NCBI RefSeq assembly: GCF_001457595.1
Contig: NZ_LN831039.1
Location: forward strand, 2,850,001 to 2,882,000
Direction: 5' to 3'
Origin: Mycolicibacterium smegmatis
Lineage (GTDB): Bacteria; Actinomycetota; Actinomycetes; Mycobacteriales; Mycobacteriaceae
Length of the DNA: 32,000 nucleotides
Below are positions 26,573 through 32,000 of this stretch, piece after piece. The notes beneath the pieces are model-generated. The model was not told the DNA's origin, made no database searches, and saw only the letters and a list, made by a program, of their open reading frames with translations. Position 1 is the stretch's first letter; every line of letters begins with the position of its first letter. Both the position numbers and the translations under genes were made by a program.

Positions 26573-29008
26573 ATGACGAGGCCGGGAGCGAAGCTGAACA
26601 CCGCTGTTCGGCGGCTGACGATCGGCCTGCTCGCAGTCGCCCTTGCGGGACTGCTGGTGCCGTCGGTCGCGGCTGCGACGCCGGAGTCCGACGCCGACGC
26701 GGCGATCAACTCCGCATGGGAGGTCAGCGGCGGCGACGGCGGCCCGCTGGGACCCCGGCAGGGTGATGTCTACGCGATCGGCGCGGGATTCGGCCAGGAC
26801 TTCACCGGCGGCAAGATGTTCTTCACCCCCGACACCGGCGCCCACTACGTCCAGGGCGCGATCCTGGAGAAGTACGAAGCGCTGGGCGGCCCTGCCGACA
26901 GCGATCTCGGGTTCCCGACCATCGACGAGGGCGCCGGACGCGCACCCGACAGTCGCAACTCCACGTTCAGCGCCCCCGACAATCCGGTGATCTTCTGGAC
27001 CCCCGACACCGGTGCGCGCGTGGTGCGCGGCGCGATCAACGCCGCGTGGGACAAGCTCGGCGGTTCGGCCGGCGTGCTGGGTGTGCCCGCCGACGACGAG
27101 ACCTACGACGGCGACGTGGTGCGCCAGAAGTTCACGGGCGGCGAGCTGTCGTGGAACCGGAAGACCAAGGCGTTCACCACGGTTCCGCCCGAACTCGCCG
27201 ATCAGCTGAAAGACCTTCAGATCCCGGATGATCCGGCCTCGGCGATCGCCGCCGCGCGCCGCGCGGCAGGCGGCCCGATGGGCCCGCTCGGCGCAAAGGA
27301 CGGCGACGTCTACAAGATCGGCGACGCGGGCGGCCTTGGCCAGAACTTCGCGGGCGGCAAGATCTTCTACAGCCCGGAGACCGGCGCCAACGTGATCAGC
27401 GGCCAGGTCCTCGAGAAGTACGAGAGCGTCGGCGGCCCGCAGGGCGATCTGGGTTTCCCGACCAGCAGCGAGGACGAGGGCGGGCTGGGCCCGAACAGCC
27501 GGATCGCCACGTTCGCGGCCCCCGACAAGCCGGTGATCTTCTGGACACCCGACTACGGCGCCGTGATCGTGCGCGGCGCCATGAACGCGGCGTGGGAGAA
27601 GCTCGGTGGCGCGACCGGGACGCTCGGCGCGCCGACGGCCGACCAGACCGAGGACGGCACCGTCATCACCCAGAAGTTCAGTGGTGGCGCCATCTCGTGG
27701 GACCGCGCCGACAACACCTTCACCACCGAGCCGTCGAACCTGGCGTCCGAACTGGCGGGGCTGCAGATTCCCGGGGCCGAGCAGGCGCCGCCGCCGGCGG
27801 CCGAGGCGCCACAGGCCGAAGACGAGTCCAAGCCGTTCTCGTGGCACTGGAGCTGGTGGTGGCTGGTCGCGCTGATCCCGGTGCTGCTGCTCGCCGGGCT
27901 CGTGGTGGGTGCGGCGCTGTGGCACCGGCGCCGCAACCGCGACGACGGATTCGACCACGAACCGTTCGACGACGACCACTACGACGATCGGCATGACGAT
28001 CGGCACGACGATCGCTACGGCGACTCCTACGAGGACCGTTACGACGACGGCCCGCACGACGACGGTCCGCACGACGACCGTGCGCCGCACACCGACTACC
28101 GCGAAGGCCGCTTCGACGCCGACCGCTACCGCGACGAGGACGCTGCGGGAGTTTCCGATGCGGATCCGTACGCGCCCGACGCCGACACCCGCGCCGACAC
28201 CCTCGACGACGCCGTGACATCGCGGTTTGCCGATCCCTACCACGAGAACGAGACCGCCGGGTCGCCGTTCGACGGCCCGACCGACGTCTCGATGCCGATC
28301 AGCCAGTGGGCCGCCCCCGGCGACCGTCCCGGCGAGGACCAACCCGAGAACCCCGAAGAGCCGGCGCAACGGGACGATTTCGGAGACGACTTCGACCATG
28401 CCGAGGACGACGCGTTCGAACGCGACGAGGCCGACGACGAGTTCGACGACGACCGCGAGGACGACGACTTCGACACCGACGAAGATCTGGCCGACCGTGC
28501 CGACGTCGAGGCGGACCTCGAAGATGATCTGGAAGACGACCTCGAAGACGACTACGAGGACGATCTCGACGAGGAAACCTCCGGTGGGGCAGGAGCCGGG
28601 ACCGCGGCCGCCGGAGCGGCGGCCGCGGCAGCTGCTGCGGCGAGCACGTTCGGCGGGCCGGTGCCGGTCGGCGCGGGGTTCAACCGTCCGGCGTTCGAGG
28701 AGCAGGAAGACCCCGACAATGTCGACACCGCACCGACGCGAGTGGTGACGCCCGCGGATCTGCGCAGTGACCCGCCGAGCGGGCGCCACGCGGCGATCGA
28801 ATTCGACGAACCGATTCCGAGTGCCACCGCGCTTCACCTGCCCCTGGACGATCCGCAGGAGGCTCCCGACGGCTATCCGATCAAGGCGGACACCAAGACC
28901 GGCATGTACTGGGCGCCCGACAGTGCGGACTATGAGGACGCGGTCGCCGAGATCTGGTTCGCCAGTGAGGAGTTCGCCCGCACGAACGGATTCGTACGGG
29001 CGAACTGA
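26573..29008 (+). CDS. Secreted/membrane LGFP-repeat protein (Rv2721c-like), one central TM helix, acidic Asp/Glu/His-rich region, 811 aa
   Basis: Signal peptide-like N-terminus; LGFPTIDE / LGVPADDE / LGFPTSSE / LGAPTADQ repeats; TM WSWWWLVALIPVLLLAGLVVGAAL; DDRHDDRHDDRY and EDDLEDDLEDDYEDDLDEE tracts. Confidence 0.9.
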   Translation: MTRPGAKLNTAVRRLTIGLLAVALAGLLVPSVAAATPESDADAAINSAWEVSGGDGGPLGPRQGDVYAIGAGFGQDFTGGKMFFTPDTGAHYVQGAILEKYEALGGPADSDLGFPTIDEGAGRAPDSRNSTFSAPDNPVIFWTPDTGARVVRGAINAAWDKLGGSAGVLGVPADDETYDGDVVRQKFTGGELSWNRKTKAFTTVPPELADQLKDLQIPDDPASAIAAARRAAGGPMGPLGAKDGDVYKIGDAGGLGQNFAGGKIFYSPETGANVISGQVLEKYESVGGPQGDLGFPTSSEDEGGLGPNSRIATFAAPDKPVIFWTPDYGAVIVRGAMNAAWEKLGGATGTLGAPTADQTEDGTVITQKFSGGAISWDRADNTFTTEPSNLASELAGLQIPGAEQAPPPAAEAPQAEDESKPFSWHWSWWWLVALIPVLLLAGLVVGAALWHRRRNRDDGFDHEPFDDDHYDDRHDDRHDDRYGDSYEDRYDDGPHDDGPHDDRAPHTDYREGRFDADRYRDEDAAGVSDADPYAPDADTRADTLDDAVTSRFADPYHENETAGSPFDGPTDVSMPISQWAAPGDRPGEDQPENPEEPAQRDDFGDDFDHAEDDAFERDEADDEFDDDREDDDFDTDEDLADRADVEADLEDDLEDDLEDDYEDDLDEETSGGAGAGTAAAGAAAAAAAAASTFGGPVPVGAGFNRPAFEEQEDPDNVDTAPTRVVTPADLRSDPPSGRHAAIEFDEPIPSATALHLPLDDPQEAPDGYPIKADTKTGMYWAPDSADYEDAVAEIWFASEEFARTNGFVRAN

Positions 29009-29017
29009 CAGCCGCGG

Positions 29018-29749
29018 TCAGATCTTGCGGATGACGGTGACGACCTTGCCCAGGACGGCCGCGTCGTTGCCGGGAATCGGGTCGTAGGCCGGGTTGTGCG
29101 GCATGAGCCACACCTGACCGCGTGCGCGCTTGAAGGTCTTGACCGTGGCCTCGCCGTCGATCATGGCCGCGACGATGTCGCCGTTGTCCGCGACGTTCTG
29201 TTGGCGCACCACCACCCAGTCGCCATCGCAGATCGCGGCGTCGATCATCGAGTCGCCGACGACCTTGAGCAGGAACAGCGAGCCCTCGCCGACCAGTTCC
29301 CGCGGCAGTGGGAACACGTCCTCGACGGCCTCCTCGGCCAGGATCGGACCGCCTGCGGCGATACGCCCCAGAACCGGCACGAACGTGGGTTCCGGTAGCG
29401 CGTCGGAGCCCGCGACGTCGGTGGTGACCACGGCAGCGGCCGCCGGATCGTCGGCCGCGCGGACATCGACGGCCCTGGGCCGGTTGGGATCCCTGCGCAG
29501 ATACCCCTTGCGTTCGAGGGTGCGGAGTTGGTGGGCCACCGAAGAGGTGGACGTGAGGCCGACGGCGTCGCCGATCTCTCGGATGCTCGGTGGGTAACCC
29601 CGACTGGTCACCGAGGCGCGGATGACCTCGAGGATGGTGCGCTGACGTTCTGTGAGGCCGTTGTCGACGGCGCGGCGCCGACCGGCGCCGTCCGCATCGG
29701 CCGGGCTTTCGGTACTGCCGTCCGTGAACTCGCCGGTGTCGTCGCTCAT
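29018..29749 (-). CDS. lexA: SOS repressor LexA, 243 aa
   Basis: [53 protein letters not shown]; cleavage region [14 protein letters not shown]; catalytic GDSMIDAAI...VVRQQ...EATVKTFKR. Start reset to ATG 29749. Confidence 0.98.
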   Translation of the reverse strand: MSDDTGEFTDGSTESPADADGAGRRRAVDNGLTERQRTILEVIRASVTSRGYPPSIREIGDAVGLTSTSSVAHQLRTLERKGYLRRDPNRPRAVDVRAADDPAAAAVVTTDVAGSDALPEPTFVPVLGRIAAGGPILAEEAVEDVFPLPRELVGEGSLFLLKVVGDSMIDAAICDGDWVVVRQQNVADNGDIVAAMIDGEATVKTFKRARGQVWLMPHNPAYDPIPGNDAAVLGKVVTVIRKI

Positions 29750-29781
29750 GGCGCCGAATCTAATACCTGTCCGAACATTAA

Positions 29782-29797
29782 TCAAACATGTGTTCGA
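29782..29797 (-). promoter_or_regulatory. SOS box upstream of lexA: TCAAACATGTGTTCGA
   Basis: 11/12 match to TCGAAC-N4-GTTCGA, 33 bp upstream of the lexA start. Confidence 0.9.
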
Positions 29798-29950
29798 GGC
29801 GTGTCGCCGCGCTGACGTCGAAGGATGGCTCGCGTGGGGGTGTCCTGGGGCTGTTCGGAGGCGCGTGCGATGCGGTCGCGGCCGACGCCGCCCGGAGTTG
29901 TCGGTACCCCGTTCTATATTTCGCAACAGTTCGATCACACGTTCTATCCT

Positions 29951-29966
29951 TCGAACATGTGAGCGA
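29951..29966 (+). promoter_or_regulatory. SOS-like box TCGAACATGTGAGCGA upstream of the LysM gene
   Basis: 10/12 match to consensus. Confidence 0.65.
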
Positions 29967-29972
29967 CTATAT

Positions 29973-29988
29973 TCGAACACAGGAGCGA
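29973..29988 (+). promoter_or_regulatory. Second SOS-like box TCGAACACAGGAGCGA
   Basis: 10/12 match, 22 bp downstream of the first and in the same orientation. Confidence 0.55.
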
Positions 29989-30012
29989 ATACGCCGGACG
30001 AAAGGCAGTCAG

Positions 30013-30558
30013 ATGGCCATCCTCGACATCCCCGTCGACATTCCCGTCGCAGCGAACGTGGCCACGCGCCGCACGGGCGGTGCCGGCGCACGCGCCGCGG
30101 CTGCGCGGACCCCGGATCGAGGTTCTGTCCGGACCGTGCCTGCGTCTCGGCGTGTGCGGCCGCGCGGGGAGCGTCCGGTGCGCCGTCCGCAGCCCGGCCG
30201 TCCCGGCGGTGCGGCCCTGCGTCACCGCGGCACCGGTGTCCTGATGTCCCGCGCGTCGCATCGTCGCCCGATCACCCCGGCCACCACGGTGGTGCTGGCC
30301 CTGGTCGCCGCCGGTATCACGGTGTGGCTCGGTCTCGTCGCGCAGTTCGGCGGGGTGCTGGGCTCGTCGGCGCCGGTCTCGGTGCCCAGTGAGCTGGCCG
30401 TCGTGCAGGTGCAGTCGGGGGAGACGTTGCAGCAGGTGGCCCGCCGCGTCGCGCCTGACGCCCCGGTCGCCGCGGTGGTCCAGCAGATCCGTGACCTCAA
30501 CCAGTTGGAGTCCGCCGCGCTCGACGCCGGGCAGACGCTGATCGCCCCCGTCGGCTGA
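30013..30558 (+). CDS. LysM-domain membrane protein, Rv2719c/ChiZ-like, DNA-damage-associated, 181 aa
   Basis: [20 protein letters not shown]..., [23 protein letters not shown], Lys[20 protein letters not shown]...[21 protein letters not shown]; divergent from lexA as in M. tuberculosis. Confidence 0.88.
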
Positions 30559-30719
30559 GGCTCGAAATGGGCGGTGAATCGGCCTGGCAGGCAATACCGC
30601 TCGCCGGCGAGATGCGCCGATATGCGCCACTGCAGACGGCGGTGAGTCAGCCGCGACCGACACAGGTACGCTCAAGAGCGCTCGAACTGTTGGTCTGGCG
30701 GCGTGACGAAGGAGCGGTG

Positions 30720-31172
30720 ATGCATTGTCCGTTCTGCCGTCATCCTGATTCCAGGGTGGTCGACTCCCGCGAAACCGATGAGGGGCAGGCCATCCGGCGA
30801 CGACGCTCGTGCCCCGAGTGCGGCAGGCGTTTCACCACGGTCGAGACCGCGGTGCTCGCGGTGGTCAAGCGTAGCGGCGTGAGTGAACCGTTCAGCCGCG
30901 AGAAGGTCATCCGCGGAGTCCGGCGCGCATGTCAGGGCCGCGACGTCGACGACGACGCGCTCAACGTCCTGGCGCAGAAGGTCGAGGACGCCGTGCGTGG
31001 CCTCGGCACCCCCGAGATACCCAGCCATGAGGTCGGTCTGGCCATCCTGGGACCGTTGCGTGAACTCGACGAGGTCGCCTACCTGCGCTTCGCGTCCGTG
31101 TACCGGTCGTTCTCGTCCGCCGAGGATTTCGAGCGGGAGATCGAGGCGCTCCGCGCCCACCGCGGTGCGTAG
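30720..31172 (+). CDS. nrdR: Transcriptional repressor NrdR, 150 aa
   Basis: [42 protein letters not shown]. Start reset to ATG 30720. Confidence 0.98.
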
Positions 31173-31190
31173 AGGTGTGCCCAGAGCCGC

Positions 31191-31880
31191 CTAGAGTTCG
31201 AGCTGCCTGGTCCCGTCGTTGACCACCCGGCCCGCCACCTGAACCCAGCCCTCCGGGCTCCACCTGGTGCGAATCACCGAGCCCTTGCCCTGCACGATCG
31301 TCAGATCCCGGCTCAGATAGTCGGTGATCCGGACCGCGGCCGCGCCGGTCGCCTCATCCTCCCGGATGCCCAGGTTCGTCGCGAACATGCGGGATCGCAG
31401 GACGCCCTCGTTCTTGTCGCTCCACGTCCACAGATAGTGCTGGACGTCGTCGTCGTAGTCGTCCGGGTCGGCGGACATCAGTTCCTCGGCGGAGGGCAGG
31501 TCGTAGATCGCGAACTCCGGCGCCCATTCCGAACGTGCGCTGATCGCGGCGAGGTCGCCGTCGTAGGTCACCTGCACGATGCCCGCGGGAACCTGCAGCG
31601 TCTTGATGGGCCTGCCGATGTCCCGGAGGTACCACGCCGCGCCGACAGTGGGATGCCCGGCGAAGGGCAACTCCGAGGCCGGCGTGAAGATGCGTGCGTG
31701 GGCGGTGTGGCTGTCGGGTCCTGGGAGATCGATGAATATCGTTTCGCTGTAACCCAATTCCTTGGCGATGCGCTGCCGGTCTGCGGGATCCACAGTGCTG
31801 TTGTCGACCACGCCGAGCGGATTGCCGAACTTGCCGTCGGAGTCGGTGAAAACTCGCAACACGGTCACGTCGATGGCCAT
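31191..31880 (-). CDS. PhzF-like isomerase/epimerase (Rv2716-like)
   Basis: [19 protein letters not shown]...[21 protein letters not shown]...[12 protein letters not shown]. Confidence 0.9.
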   Translation of the reverse strand: MAIDVTVLRVFTDSDGKFGNPLGVVDNSTVDPADRQRIAKELGYSETIFIDLPGPDSHTAHARIFTPASELPFAGHPTVGAAWYLRDIGRPIKTLQVPAGIVQVTYDGDLAAISARSEWAPEFAIYDLPSAEELMSADPDDYDDDVQHYLWTWSDKNEGVLRSRMFATNLGIREDEATGAAAVRITDYLSRDLTIVQGKGSVIRTRWSPEGWVQVAGRVVNDGTRQLEL

Positions 31881-31915
31881 GACACGATGCTACGTGCCTG
31901 AAACGGCCCGTACGG

Positions 31916-32000
31916 TCAGGTTGCGCTGCGCTCGTCGACGCCCATCGCCTCGATGACGGCGACCTGCGTGTCGAGGGACCCGCTCATCGTCGAGCGGTTG
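31916..32000 (-). CDS. C-terminal fragment of an unidentified gene (runs off right edge); an Rv2715-like hydrolase is expected from synteny only
   Basis: Open frame ending ...NRSTMSGSLDTQVAVIEAMGVDERSAT*, same strand as the PhzF-like gene. Confidence 0.45.
   Translation of the reverse strand, partial: NRSTMSGSLDTQVAVIEAMGVDERSAT

Noticed and set aside
27983-28118. CRISPR-like or satellite array in the LGFP gene
   Set aside because: 12-nt period with no spacers, in frame, encodes DDRH/DDGPH repeats; protein-level low complexity.
26558-28837. 759-aa minus-strand ORF opposite the LGFP gene
   Set aside because: Shadow of a strongly biased coding sequence; low-complexity V/R/G runs and no domain.
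29919-29934. TTTCGCAACAGTTCGA as a fourth SOS box
   Set aside because: Only the right half-site matches the consensus; the left half is poor.
30567-30719. 51-codon extension upstream of nrdR
   Set aside because: NrdR family proteins begin at MHCPFC; the extension has no recognisable sequence.
1-32000. tRNA/rRNA genes, IS elements, prophage, toxin-antitoxin or anti-phage systems
   Set aside because: No transposase, integrase, inverted-repeat pair with target duplication, or defence-type domain was seen; nearly all space is filled by housekeeping or hydrogenase genes.

Overview
GC-rich actinobacterial chromosome, most likely a fast-growing Mycobacterium/Mycolicibacterium such as M. smegmatis (inferred from gene content and order, no search run). 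From left to right: (1) nt 1-8491, minus strand: a compact high-affinity [NiFe]-hydrogenase (group 1h/Hhy type) locus. It reads hypA-hypB-hhyS-hhyL, then a NifU/Rieske-like fusion, DUF5947-like, DUF6084-like and uncharacterised 441-aa genes, a 39-aa single-TM microprotein absent from the ORF track, a hydrogenase endopeptidase and hypC (cut by the window edge). (2) recA (intein-free) with an SOS box and a LexA-independent-type promoter, then recX. (3) gluABCD transporter. (4) miaB, two conserved genes, a DMT-type permease, an Rv2728c-like gene, miaA, dapF, hflX. (5) An accessory-looking pair: a stand-alone PE-PPE-type serine hydrolase and a BisC/TorA-like molybdoenzyme. (6) An LGFP-repeat membrane protein with a tandem duplication and an acidic tail, then lexA, an SOS-associated LysM gene, nrdR and a PhzF-like gene. 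No CRISPR, phage, transposon, tRNA or rRNA was seen. The best candidates for under-described biology are the hydrogenase accessory block (notably the all-Cys Rieske-like domain and the 39-aa TM protein), the 16-bp perfect palindrome upstream of hhyS, and the tandem SOS-like boxes upstream of the LysM gene.
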